Part shown: positions 1-10,065 of the stretch, piece by piece
How the letters are laid out: each line of letters starts with the position of its first letter
Numbering within the stretch: position 1 is the stretch's first letter
IMG/VR virus record: IMGVR_UViG_3300037423_000513
Span: 1 to 56,770 of that record
DNA: 56,770 bases
Direction: 5' to 3' (one strand)
DNA from: a virus
Taxonomy: Duplodnaviria > Caudoviricetes
Program-made: the position numbers and the translations under genes
The notes under the pieces: generated by a model
The model's input: the letters and a program-made list of their open reading frames with translations, nothing else
The model's database searches: none
What the model was told of the DNA's origin: nothing

Positions 1-727
1 CGTAACCGGGGAGTTGATTGGGCTTCTCTACAACTTTGATAAGAAAAGCGGAGTCTTTGCCAATAATCTGATCGCCAGCGGCCCTGGCATCATGACAACG
101 GCTTCTTATCCCCAGATTAAGGCCACCGACAGGCTCATATCTATCGTGGGCACATCGGTCAAGAAGCGCGCGATCGATGGCAGCGATTCGGCTTGGGTTG
201 TCGAGTCCACGTTGACTGCCGGGCCGAACTACCCGATCTACCAGGGTAGGGCAACTGTTTCAAGGACAACGAATCCTGCAGTTGTTTGCATCATTTACCC
301 GGGTGGTGGAATCCTCTTTTACGATGTGGTCGCGAAACAGCAAGTCTTCAAGCCAATAGCGCGCATCGGCGCCAACAATGGTGCCTGGTACAGCCCGAAA
401 TTCGATATCTACATTAGCTACACAACCACAGACAGCGATTGGCAAATCAGCGTTTGGGCCAACGCCGTTCGTCCAGGTAGCCTGAGTAACCCCGTGGCTG
501 CGCCGTCGCTCGTTCAGGGCAAGGTGTCGCAGGTAATGGTTCGTTTGCTGGGCGCAGATGACGAACCCTGCGTGGGCGAGTTGGTTTCGTGGGCAATCAC
601 CGGTGGTTTGGGCTCATTGACTGCAGCGCAGTCCGTTACCGATGCGGATGGGTATGCCCACATCGGCTATATCTCACCCCTTTCAGCCGGATCGTCGCCG
701 ACCATTCAGGCAAGCGTGGAGTTCTGA
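1..727 (+). CDS. 3' part of a tail tip protein (begins at 56490, wraps the window origin); C-terminal Big_1-type Ig-like domain
   Basis: Frame from ATG 56490 is open to 56770 and continues CCC-GTA-ACC-GGG-GAG-TTG into this ORF; C-terminus VSWAITGGLGSLTAAQSVTDADGYAHIGY resembles invasin/intimin Big_1. Confidence 0.7.
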   Translation, partial: VTGELIGLLYNFDKKSGVFANNLIASGPGIMTTASYPQIKATDRLISIVGTSVKKRAIDGSDSAWVVESTLTAGPNYPIYQGRATVSRTTNPAVVCIIYPGGGILFYDVVAKQQVFKPIARIGANNGAWYSPKFDIYISYTTTDSDWQISVWANAVRPGSLSNPVAAPSLVQGKVSQVMVRLLGADDEPCVGELVSWAITGGLGSLTAAQSVTDADGYAHIGYISPLSAGSSPTIQASVEF

Positions 728-3700
728 TGTACAAGCAAATCTTTCAGGCTCCTGTGCCGTACCGCATGCCGGACGACCCGACGCTCACCGGCCCGTTCGG
801 GCAGCTGGTCTATCCGCCGCTCCTGGCCTATTTCACGACGCCGCCGCGCATGTATGGCGAGGAATTTTACGTAATCACCGCCATGTTCGTGAGGAAGGAG
901 GCGACAGCAACCAGCCCGAACACGATCACGCTCAACGTAATCAGTAAAAACATCTACTGGCCGGACGCCGCACAAACGATCAAGTTTGACGGCGCAACCG
1001 GGGCGCTCATCGGATACGGGGGCTATATCGGCGACGCGGTGCTAGTGCTAGACAAGGAGATTGTTCAAAGCACGGATGGATCATTGTGGAGCGTGCGGGA
1101 TGCCGTTCTGAAGGAACTGGATCCGGTAACGCATACGGTACTGCAAACGATCCCGGCCGATTTCTTCGAAATCCCGGCGGACCAACTGTTTCATGGCATC
1201 GCTCACCCGATGATCGACCGCGCGCGCGGCCTGATCGTGATGTCAGGCTATCCGACAAGTACGGATGGTCGATATATCCTCGTCAATGACTTCAAAACCG
1301 GTGCTTTGATTCGTCGTATTTGGGTATCCGGCCCGGTGACTCAGATCATGCAGGAGGATGATCGCCGCTGCTTCGTTATCTGCTCCAATAGCATCATGAA
1401 TGTGGTGGATTACACAACAGGGGAAATCCTCTCGACAACGCGGACTCCGCTAGCGGGTATGGTTAACCCGTTCAAAGTGGCCTATGCATGGGATCCAACA
1501 TTGCGCCGCCTTCTTGGATTTAATTTCGAGGATGTGGCAAATCCCGATGGTTCCTCGCCAAACTCGATTGTCGGGTTCTACCCGGTGCCGCTCGCAACCA
1601 ATATCACCAAGCCGATCCCGATCAAGCCGCCGCGCAAGGGCCGGACGGTGCCAATGCTGGTGCGCGCCGTGGGCGATGCAGGCGAGGCAATTCCAAGCCT
1701 GCCAATTACTGCCACCGCGACTGCGCCCGGCCAGATTGGATCCGGCTCGCGAATCACGGACTCATGTGGGTACGCTATCATTAACCTGATCGGCACTGAC
1801 GCCGGATCGAGCGAAGTCACCGTCACCGCAAACGTGGATGATGGCGCATCAGGCGTGGTGGTCGGCGGCGGTACTGGCGGTGATACTGGCGGCGGCACCG
1901 GAGGAGGCACCGGAGGAGGTACTGGCGGAGGCTCCGGTCCTGTCGCCCCGACCCTGTCCGCAGCTACTGCTACACAAACGGGAACTACGACGGCTACCGG
2001 CACCGTGTCGACCAATCAGGACAACGGAACGCTCTATGCCCTATTCTCGACCAACGCGAATGCAACCGAGACGGAAGTCGAGGCAGGGCTCGCTCAAAGC
2101 GTGACGGCGACTGGCACGCAAAGCGTGAGCGTCACCGGCCTGACTGCCGGGACGACGTATTACCCGCACTATTTGCATCGCAATAGTTCTGGGCTGAAGT
2201 CCGCCGTGGTGACTGGAGCAAGCTTCACGACCGCAGCCGGTAGCGACGGAACCGGCACCGGCGGCGGCCAAAGTGGGCAACCGGTCGACGTCGGCAGTCA
2301 AATCGCCCCGCTGTCGGTCGAGAACACGTCGACCAGCGTAGCCACGAACCAGCCGTTCACTATTGGTCACGTGTTCGCGCAGGGCCACCTGCCGAGTAGC
2401 GGCGCCGCGATCACGCTGCACCTGCCGAATGGCAGCCAGATCGCCGCCCAGTTGAACGTGAAGGCAAAACACGCAGACGGATCCGTGCGCCACGCCATTG
2501 TTAGTGGCGTGATCCCGAGCATCGCAGCCGGCGCCATCGTGCCGCTGTCGATGAAGCGAGCCAGCACTGCCGGCGCGGGTCAGAATGTCGGCCTGCCGGC
2601 ATCCTTGCCATCGGCTCGGCTCGTGATCGGTGGCGTGCAGTACACCGCCGCACCAACCAGCGCGACCGCCTACGACACGTGGTTCTCAGGACCTGTGGCC
2701 AGTGACTATATTTTCAACGTGCCGTTCGTGAATGGCAGCGGCACCCCACATCCGACCCTGACGGCGCAGTTCTCGGTGCGCGTGTTCAGTACTGGTCATG
2801 TTCGTGTCGACTACGTGATCGAACACTGCAAGGCCTATGCCTCGGCTGCTGACATTACCTACGACGCTAGCCTGATCGCCGGCGGCTCCACGGTCTACAC
2901 CCGGACCGGCCTCGTACACACCCCGGCCGCACGCTGGAAGCGGACAATCTGGCAGGGCGCGGCCTCAACTCTGCACGTAAAACACGACATCAACTACCTG
3001 ATCGACAGCCGGCAGGTACCGAACTACGATCGCAGCGTCACGATCAATGAATCGGTACTAGCTGGCTACACGACGAGCCTGGCGACCACGAAATTCGACC
3101 CGATGGGCTTCGGCACGCTGCAACCCGCAATGCCCACCACAGGTGGGCGCCCGGATCTAGGGATTATGCCGGACACCTATGTCTCCACAATCCTGTCGAT
3201 GGATAAGCGGGCCAAGGCGATCATGCTGGCAACCGCCGACATCGGCGGCACCTGGCCGATGTGCCGGCGCGACGACAGCAGCGGCCCGGGCGCCGGCTAT
3301 CCGCTGTCAGTCGTCAATTTCCCTTATGCCTCGATCAACGGCAACCCGGGTGACTGCGTGAACCCGGCCACCGGCAAGAACGAGAAACTGCCGGTCCTGT
3401 CCACGGTTACCAAGGCTGTGGCCGACAGCTCGCACCAGCCGGACATGTACTACCTGCCATACCTACTCACCGGCGACCTGTTCTATCTGGAGGGCTTGCA
3501 GTTCTGCGGCACGTTTAACCATTACCAGGACAACCCGTACTACCGCGAGTTTGCCAAGGCGCTGGTCAAGGGCGATCAGGTGCGTGGTCAATCGTGGAGC
3601 CTGCGCACGATGGCCGAGTGCGCCGCCATTACGCCAGACGACCACCCGCTCAAGTCGCACTTCATCGGCTGGTACAACAACAACATGAAGTGGTATCTGG

Positions 3701-5337
3701 ACACCTACCTCGACGCCCCGAGCACCCTCTACGCCAACCAGTTGGGTGTCATCACCAACGGTTCGGCGGTCGTGTACAGCATCAACGGCGGCACGACCAA
3801 CGGCTTGGCCCCGTGGCAGGACGACTTCTTCGCGCAATCGCTGGGCCACGGCTATGAACTGCTGGGGCTGGACACCACCAAGCGCCTGCTGACATGGAAG
3901 GCGAAGTTCCAGATCAGCCGCCTGATGGGGGATGGCGTGTGCATCCAGAACGCCTGCATCTACGCGCTGGGCGTGCGCTCGACCTCGACATCGCCGTATT
4001 TCTCGACCATCGGCGATTGCATGGCTTTCAGCGTTCCGTCAGACCAGCAGGCCTACCCCTGCAACTCGCCTCAGCGCCTGGTCCTGATGAACCAGAACCT
4101 GCAGCCTGGAGACATTGGTGGATACCCGGCCTCCGCCGAAGGTTATCCGTCGAACTACCAGCCAGCCCTGTCGTACTGCGTCGACATTGGCTACCCCGGT
4201 GGCGCGCAGGCCTGGACCAAGTTCATGGCGCGACCGACGAAGCCGAACTATGGACTGGACGGCGCACAGTTCGCTATCGTTCCGCGCCAGCCTGCCACTA
4301 ACGCCGTGACCCGCGACCCGCTGAAGCAGCCGTTCGCCGCCAACTCGATCTGGAACATGCCCATCGGCTCGGGCGCTGTGTACGTCCCCGCTAATCTCGA
4401 CCCGAATCCGGCCAACAACCAGTACGCGTACATGCCAGCCGGTGACGAGGAGCAGATCGTGCTGACGCCGACCGCGCCGCTGACCGACATCAGGTACAGC
4501 AGCGTCGCGTGGAGCGGTGGCGACCGCTGCGTGAGCGGCGGCGCGGTGCTCACTCAGGTACCGATGCCGTCCAACTTCGTGGTGCCGAACTCGACCCACA
4601 ACAACGGTGCATCGTTCCTGATGCCGGACAACCGCACCATCGTGCAGGTCCAGCCGCTGGCGCGCTGCACCGCTGGTGGGTACGCAACCGCCCTGACTAA
4701 TCCGGTCAGCGTGGACCTGTACGGCGACGGCATCGCAGGCATGCACGGCGGATCCGGACTGTCCTCCATCGGCGGCTCGATCCGCGTAGGCGAGCTGCGC
4801 CCTGGTCAGCAGGGGCCGAAGCACGCCCTGAAGATCAACGTCTATGCGAAGGGTGCGCTATTCAAGGCAACCATCCGTGCCGAAGGTTTCCGCTGGCCCG
4901 CCACCACCTGTGACAGCTATGCCATAGGCTGGTATGGAACGGACGGCGACAACACGAACACTGCCATGAAGCAGGGTTCGCTGCTGGCGATTCCGGCCAA
5001 TGTGTCCGTCGACTCGCTTGGCCTGGTGACCGAGCCAGCGAAGCAACTGGCATGGACCCTCCAGAACTATGGTGGGTACATCGTGGACGACACCTACGCA
5101 CCGGGCTTCAACTTCAGCGTTGAAGAGGGGCCGGGCGGCAGCAAGAAGGCCGAGTTCCTCGCCGACTATGGTTTCGCCTTCGACCAGAAGGTGGAAGCGC
5201 AGAGCACATGGGTCAAGGACATCCAGAAGATCGTCGCAGCCCTGCATGTGGTCGACAACAACGGTCCAGGCAACATTGGCGGCGGTGGCACGCCACGTCA
5301 AGCCTTGGCACAGGCGATCAACGCGCCGGCGCCATAG
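727..5337 (+). CDS. Large multidomain tail/receptor-binding protein: beta-rich N-terminus, Big_1 Ig, Gly linker, FN3-like domain, PcRGLX/YetA-like lyase-type domain, C-terminal domain
   Basis: ATG 727 overlaps upstream stop (TGATG); RITDSCGYAIINL Ig motif; GGTGG repeats; GLTAGTTYY FN3 motif; PFTIGHVF...KHADGSVRHA RIFT-barrel-like motif; tail context. Confidence 0.75.
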   Translation: MYKQIFQAPVPYRMPDDPTLTGPFGQLVYPPLLAYFTTPPRMYGEEFYVITAMFVRKEATATSPNTITLNVISKNIYWPDAAQTIKFDGATGALIGYGGYIGDAVLVLDKEIVQSTDGSLWSVRDAVLKELDPVTHTVLQTIPADFFEIPADQLFHGIAHPMIDRARGLIVMSGYPTSTDGRYILVNDFKTGALIRRIWVSGPVTQIMQEDDRRCFVICSNSIMNVVDYTTGEILSTTRTPLAGMVNPFKVAYAWDPTLRRLLGFNFEDVANPDGSSPNSIVGFYPVPLATNITKPIPIKPPRKGRTVPMLVRAVGDAGEAIPSLPITATATAPGQIGSGSRITDSCGYAIINLIGTDAGSSEVTVTANVDDGASGVVVGGGTGGDTGGGTGGGTGGGTGGGSGPVAPTLSAATATQTGTTTATGTVSTNQDNGTLYALFSTNANATETEVEAGLAQSVTATGTQSVSVTGLTAGTTYYPHYLHRNSSGLKSAVVTGASFTTAAGSDGTGTGGGQSGQPVDVGSQIAPLSVENTSTSVATNQPFTIGHVFAQGHLPSSGAAITLHLPNGSQIAAQLNVKAKHADGSVRHAIVSGVIPSIAAGAIVPLSMKRASTAGAGQNVGLPASLPSARLVIGGVQYTAAPTSATAYDTWFSGPVASDYIFNVPFVNGSGTPHPTLTAQFSVRVFSTGHVRVDYVIEHCKAYASAADITYDASLIAGGSTVYTRTGLVHTPAARWKRTIWQGAASTLHVKHDINYLIDSRQVPNYDRSVTINESVLAGYTTSLATTKFDPMGFGTLQPAMPTTGGRPDLGIMPDTYVSTILSMDKRAKAIMLATADIGGTWPMCRRDDSSGPGAGYPLSVVNFPYASINGNPGDCVNPATGKNEKLPVLSTVTKAVADSSHQPDMYYLPYLLTGDLFYLEGLQFCGTFNHYQDNPYYREFAKALVKGDQVRGQSWSLRTMAECAAITPDDHPLKSHFIGWYNNNMKWYLDTYLDAPSTLYANQLGVITNGSAVVYSINGGTTNGLAPWQDDFFAQSLGHGYELLGLDTTKRLLTWKAKFQISRLMGDGVCIQNACIYALGVRSTSTSPYFSTIGDCMAFSVPSDQQAYPCNSPQRLVLMNQNLQPGDIGGYPASAEGYPSNYQPALSYCVDIGYPGGAQAWTKFMARPTKPNYGLDGAQFAIVPRQPATNAVTRDPLKQPFAANSIWNMPIGSGAVYVPANLDPNPANNQYAYMPAGDEEQIVLTPTAPLTDIRYSSVAWSGGDRCVSGGAVLTQVPMPSNFVVPNSTHNNGASFLMPDNRTIVQVQPLARCTAGGYATALTNPVSVDLYGDGIAGMHGGSGLSSIGGSIRVGELRPGQQGPKHALKINVYAKGALFKATIRAEGFRWPATTCDSYAIGWYGTDGDNTNTAMKQGSLLAIPANVSVDSLGLVTEPAKQLAWTLQNYGGYIVDDTYAPGFNFSVEEGPGGSKKAEFLADYGFAFDQKVEAQSTWVKDIQKIVAALHVVDNNGPGNIGGGGTPRQALAQAINAPAP
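1864..1936 (+). repeat. Gly-rich linker repeat (GGTGG/GGGT)n
   Basis: Tandem degenerate 12-bp units such as ggcaccggagga. Confidence 0.8.
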
Positions 5338-5364
5338 CGTCTTCTCGGCAGCGATATTCAGCCA

Positions 5365-5387
5365 GAGCCACCTTCGGGTGGCTTTTT
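5365..5387 (+). terminator. Rho-independent terminator
   Basis: GAGCCACC-TTCG-GGTGGCTT followed by T tract. Confidence 0.8.
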
Positions 5388-5399
5388 AATGGGATACCT

Positions 5400-6848
5400 A
5401 TGGATATGACATGGGAGCCGTACCCGCTTGACAGCGTACGGGCTACGACGGTGTTCGTCCATGCGGCGACCCCACTGGAGGTTTTGCAGGGCACGTCAAC
5501 GACTCCGTACGAGATCACGCGGTTCTGCACGTCGGTTCGACAGTCTCCGAACGAGGTGTCTGTTGGGCTGGCATGGCACGACGAACTGTACGGAGAAAAC
5601 CAGCCGCGATTCGGCCAAATCCTTGAGGTCAAGCTGGAGGAGCGTGGTTTCTGGATCGGGATTATCCAGTCAATCAACGATTTCCGCCTGTCGTCTGGCC
5701 AGAAGTCGATGACGCTTGTCGCGCGATCGCGCGATGCCTCACCGCTCTGGCGAGAAACGCGTCGCCTGACTGATATCTACCCGGTATCGACGCCACTCGA
5801 TTACATTGCGCGCCAAATCTGCCGCGGAATCGGAGTTGCCGACGCCGAGATCGGCCCGCTGAATATCCCAGGCTACACGGTGCACTCGAACACGCAGCTG
5901 GCCGACCTGCCGCCGTGGCAGATGTTGACGGTCCTGATGCAGCCTTCGGGACTTGAGCCATACGTCGATGCGCTTGGACGACTGAAGTCCATTTCGCGTG
6001 ATACGACGCGGGCGGCAGACATCGAGTTGGCTGACAACACCCGGCTGCTCAGCGTGAATGGCTCGAAATCGCGTTCACCGGTTACCGAAGTAAAGATCAA
6101 GTGGCTCGACCCGAATCTCACTGAGGTCTCGCAGCAGGACCGGATCCTCGACAAAGCTACGATGACGGCAGGATTTTTCAAGTTGAGGCTGGAGCGCGAA
6201 GTCACCTTCAGCCAGGACGGCACACAGCGTGCGCGAAACACGCATATGGTGGTGCGGCAATCGGCTAACGCCGGCCTACTACCCGTCTGCAGTGAGAACT
6301 ACAGCCAGAAGAGCATCACTTCCGGGCAAATCGTGCTGACGACGTCCGCATGGGCGCCGGGACTCGCGACAGCATCCATCGCAGCAAAACTTCTGGCACA
6401 CAAAATACCCGACGGCGTGGTTGGCGGCATAACGATCCCAAGGGGACGCATAGTAGAAGGTTTCGCCGACGTCTCAATCATGGTGACGATGATGTCGATC
6501 GGAACCGGCGTCTATGAAATATGGGGTACGCCCTACGACATGGTGCATGCCCGGAATACCACCACAGCCTACGGCAAGACCGTCAAGGATTGGGAAGTCA
6601 ACGTCTCCGAGATCGAGAACGACTTCGTGATGAACCAGGAGCAGTCCGAGGGATTCGCGGTCAGGGAACTGACTTACTCCTACCGCGCCGCCAGTTCCTA
6701 CAACATCTCGATTGTCGATGACCCGCGTATCGAACGCGGCGACATCATTTCACTGAAGGACGGTAGCCGCGTGTACGTCACGGACTATGCACGCGACCTG
6801 TCGCATGGCTCGCCGGCGAAGCTCGATATCACCGGATTCAGGTGCTAA
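5400..6848 (+). CDS. Tail tip/baseplate hub-like protein
   Basis: Long ORF in tail cluster; C-terminal DPRIERGDIISL typical of hub proteins; ATG 5400 after terminator. Confidence 0.6.
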   Translation: MDMTWEPYPLDSVRATTVFVHAATPLEVLQGTSTTPYEITRFCTSVRQSPNEVSVGLAWHDELYGENQPRFGQILEVKLEERGFWIGIIQSINDFRLSSGQKSMTLVARSRDASPLWRETRRLTDIYPVSTPLDYIARQICRGIGVADAEIGPLNIPGYTVHSNTQLADLPPWQMLTVLMQPSGLEPYVDALGRLKSISRDTTRAADIELADNTRLLSVNGSKSRSPVTEVKIKWLDPNLTEVSQQDRILDKATMTAGFFKLRLEREVTFSQDGTQRARNTHMVVRQSANAGLLPVCSENYSQKSITSGQIVLTTSAWAPGLATASIAAKLLAHKIPDGVVGGITIPRGRIVEGFADVSIMVTMMSIGTGVYEIWGTPYDMVHARNTTTAYGKTVKDWEVNVSEIENDFVMNQEQSEGFAVRELTYSYRAASSYNISIVDDPRIERGDIISLKDGSRVYVTDYARDLSHGSPAKLDITGFRC

Positions 6849-6852
6849 GGCC

Positions 6853-7365
6853 ATGAGCGTACTTACCTATCTGATCGAAGCGCAGCAGCGCGATTCGCAG
6901 CAGGAACTTGACGGCAAGGTACTCACCCGGCCGACGCTGAGCGTGACCGATGGACTATCCACGACTTACGCATGTGACGTCGACATCGGAATTACCAACC
7001 AGCAGGGCAATGACCAGAGTACGAACCTGCTGAATGTTGGCTCTATAGGGTCGGTGCTGCACAACGTCCCGATCGCACGCGGAAACATGGACGTGATCTA
7101 CGCCGATGCCGGGGCAGCAGTTCGCCTACGACGGTCCGCTTCCGGGCGCTACGAAATCATCGGCTTCTCGAAACAGATGCCAGGCACGTATATCAGGGTC
7201 CCGGTCGATCTTGAAGACTTTACTTTCGGCGCGATCGAGGATCTATCGATCACTTCGCGCGCGGTTGCCTATGGGGACCTGGTCAATTTCGGCGGATACG
7301 GAACCGCAGCATACGGAACCGTCGTTATTTACCAGGGCACCAACTTGATTAAGGTCACGGCATGA
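6853..7365 (+). CDS. Tail protein, unknown function
   Basis: ORF coupled between hub and fibre genes (ATGA overlap with next). Confidence 0.6.
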   Translation: MSVLTYLIEAQQRDSQQELDGKVLTRPTLSVTDGLSTTYACDVDIGITNQQGNDQSTNLLNVGSIGSVLHNVPIARGNMDVIYADAGAAVRLRRSASGRYEIIGFSKQMPGTYIRVPVDLEDFTFGAIEDLSITSRAVAYGDLVNFGGYGTAAYGTVVIYQGTNLIKVTA

Positions 7366-10049
7366 ACGAACTTCAGACGTTTAGCAGCGGCGATACCAAC
7401 TACATCCAGAAGCACAACGCCAACTATGCCAACCTCAAGGCGGCGGTTGACGCGTTGGAAACTAACCTGGCAGCACAGGTCGCCGCGGCTTCGGGCCCAG
7501 GCTCGGCATTTGATGCACTGTTTGGGCCAACGGCGGCAATCATCGGCGCTGACAGTTATGCCATGACTGGTAGTGGCGATGTCCTTACCGTAGCTGCCGG
7601 ATTTAACTGGAAGCCATCAATCCCGATGGTGGTGCGTAACCCGGCGTCGACAACGCTGTCCTTCACTGGCCTTGCTGCAGGCACGTACTACATCTACGCG
7701 GACAAGACAGGCGCACCGGTGCGTAGTACGACCGCCGGCGCCGAAGATATTTACTCGGTAGCGTGGACTGGATCGGCTTTCGGGGCGATCGTGCGTCTCG
7801 CGCCTATCGTGTGGGGGGCAGCAGACGATTTTGCGGCTCAGGTTAGCGCAGCACTCGGCCAGACGTTCACTACTCTAGACGCCCGACTGGAAGCGGGCGA
7901 GGCAGCCGCAGCTGGTGGCGCCTTGGCGCGTGCGTGGCAAATCGGAAAACTAGACAAGGATATCTCCGGCAGCACAGATGTCACGCTGTCAGCGGTAGAA
8001 GCGAACAACACGGTGATCAACCTCACCGGGGCGCTGACTGCCAATATCAACGTAATTCTTCCCGTCGGAGCCAACTCCAGGCTATGGGCCGTCACGAACA
8101 ACACAATCGGCGCCTATACGGTGACGATGAAGGGTGCTTTGGGGGCTGGCGCAGTAGTTGCACAAGGTAGTAAAGCACTTTTCGGACAGGATGGCACAAA
8201 CGTATTTGCCTTAGGGCTCAGCCAGCAGGCGATTAATGATGCGGTCACCGCACACGAAGCGGAGCCAGACCCGCATCCGCAATATCTGACGCAAACCGAG
8301 GCAGATTCGCGCTATACGTCGTCAACAGCCGCGACAGGCGTCTCAAGCGTGAATGGTCATGCAGGAGTAGTCACGCTAGGGGCGTCTGACGTTGGAGCGG
8401 TGGCAAGTAGCGCGCTTGGCGCAGCAAACGGCGCAGCATCACTGGATTCCGGTGGCAAGCTGCCAGCTTCTCAGTTGCCGGACCTGGCAATCATTGACTT
8501 TCTCGGCACTGTGGCGAATCAGACTGCCATGCTTGTCCTATCCGGCCAAAAAGGGGACTGGTGCGCACGATCGGACAACAGCAAGGTCTACGTCATCACC
8601 GGCTCCGATCCGACGCAAGTAGGGTCGTGGACTGCGCTGAGTTACCCAACCGGAACAGGGGGCACGGTCACGAGCGTGGCGCTGACCACGCCGGGACTCT
8701 TATTCAATGTATCCGGATCTCCTGTAACCGGCGCTGGGACATTGGCGTTCTCACTCAAGACCCAGACCGCCAACACGTTCCTGGCTGGGCCGACGACGGG
8801 CGCGGACGCCACGCCGACGATGCGCGCACTTACCGCAGCCGATCTTCCGGTGATGGTGGCATCTGGGGCGGGTCACGCAGGCGGGGCGGTCCCCGATCCA
8901 GGGTCGACTGCGGGGACAACAAGGTATCTCCGCGAAGACGGTACATGGCAAGCCCCATCAGGCAGCGGAACACCGGGCGGATCGACCACGCAACTTCAGT
9001 TCAATGACGCCGGCGGTCTTGGTGGTGCCTCGGCATTGAACTGGGACAAGGCGAACAACATCCTCTATGTCGGCGCTGGAGCAACAGCTGGCAATATCCA
9101 GGGCGGCGCTCCGGCAGCAGATATCAGCACCGGAGTTTCCGTCACCGTCAAAGGTGGTACCGGGGGTGTCACGAACGGAACTGGAGGCGCGGTCAATATC
9201 ACGGGCGGAACTGGTGGTGGCGGTAGTGCGGCGGGCGGAGATGTCGTGATCACTGGTGGGCAAGGCGTTGGCGCCGTGACCAGCTCTTCTGTCCGCATCA
9301 ATGGCGGTCCCGCTCCTGCCACTGCCGGATCCAGGGGCGGCGGCGTACTCATTACCGCAGCAAACGGAACTTCTACCGGAACCGGCAGCGGGGGCGGCGA
9401 TGTCACTATCACGGCCGGCAACACCGTTGGCACGGTCGGAGCCACGGCTGGTGGCGTATCCATATCGGCAGGCAGTGGGAACAGTTCGGGCACCAGCCTC
9501 GGCGGATCTGTCACCATTAGCAGCGGCAACGGCGGTGCCAACGTCAATGCCGGCGCAGTCAACATCACAGGCGGATCGGGCGGTACCACTAACGGTATCG
9601 GTGGCGCAATCAACATCACGGCTGGCAGCTCCGGAACATCTAAGGACGGCGGCGTCGTCACGATCAAAGGCGGCACTGGTGGCACAACTACTGGTAACGG
9701 CGGCGCGGTCAACGTAACTGCCGGCTCGCCGGCTGCGGGTAACGGTGGCGCGGTAAATATCACCGCCTCCGCTGGTGTCGGCACCAACAAGAACGGCGGT
9801 AACGTCAATCTGACGCCGGGCGCTGCAACGGGTACCGGGACCCCCGGTAACGTCGTCCTCAACAACAGTGGAGCGGCCCTTGCAACAACGGCAATCGGCG
9901 GCTTCACTTGCATCCCGACCTGTGCCGGCGCCCCAACTGGTACGCCGGCCAATATCCCGACCGGGACTGTGCCGATGGTGTTCGACACTACCAACTCAAA
10001 GTTTTGGATTTATACCGGTGGCGCCTGGAAGGGCGCTGTCCTCTCTTAA
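7362..10049 (+). CDS. Tail fibre protein with Gly-rich GGxVxIxxG repeats
   Basis: AHEAEPDPHPQY fibre motif, VSSVNGHAGVVTL motif, many Gly-rich repeats in the C-terminal third. Confidence 0.8.
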   Translation: MNELQTFSSGDTNYIQKHNANYANLKAAVDALETNLAAQVAAASGPGSAFDALFGPTAAIIGADSYAMTGSGDVLTVAAGFNWKPSIPMVVRNPASTTLSFTGLAAGTYYIYADKTGAPVRSTTAGAEDIYSVAWTGSAFGAIVRLAPIVWGAADDFAAQVSAALGQTFTTLDARLEAGEAAAAGGALARAWQIGKLDKDISGSTDVTLSAVEANNTVINLTGALTANINVILPVGANSRLWAVTNNTIGAYTVTMKGALGAGAVVAQGSKALFGQDGTNVFALGLSQQAINDAVTAHEAEPDPHPQYLTQTEADSRYTSSTAATGVSSVNGHAGVVTLGASDVGAVASSALGAANGAASLDSGGKLPASQLPDLAIIDFLGTVANQTAMLVLSGQKGDWCARSDNSKVYVITGSDPTQVGSWTALSYPTGTGGTVTSVALTTPGLLFNVSGSPVTGAGTLAFSLKTQTANTFLAGPTTGADATPTMRALTAADLPVMVASGAGHAGGAVPDPGSTAGTTRYLREDGTWQAPSGSGTPGGSTTQLQFNDAGGLGGASALNWDKANNILYVGAGATAGNIQGGAPAADISTGVSVTVKGGTGGVTNGTGGAVNITGGTGGGGSAAGGDVVITGGQGVGAVTSSSVRINGGPAPATAGSRGGGVLITAANGTSTGTGSGGGDVTITAGNTVGTVGATAGGVSISAGSGNSSGTSLGGSVTISSGNGGANVNAGAVNITGGSGGTTNGIGGAINITAGSSGTSKDGGVVTIKGGTGGTTTGNGGAVNVTAGSPAAGNGGAVNITASAGVGTNKNGGNVNLTPGAATGTGTPGNVVLNNSGAALATTAIGGFTCIPTCAGAPTGTPANIPTGTVPMVFDTTNSKFWIYTGGAWKGAVLS

Positions 10050-10065
10050 TCCCTGAAAGGGCAAC

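Noticed and set aside
9065-9994. Long Pro-rich antisense ORF
   Set aside because: Shadow of Gly codons in the tail fibre
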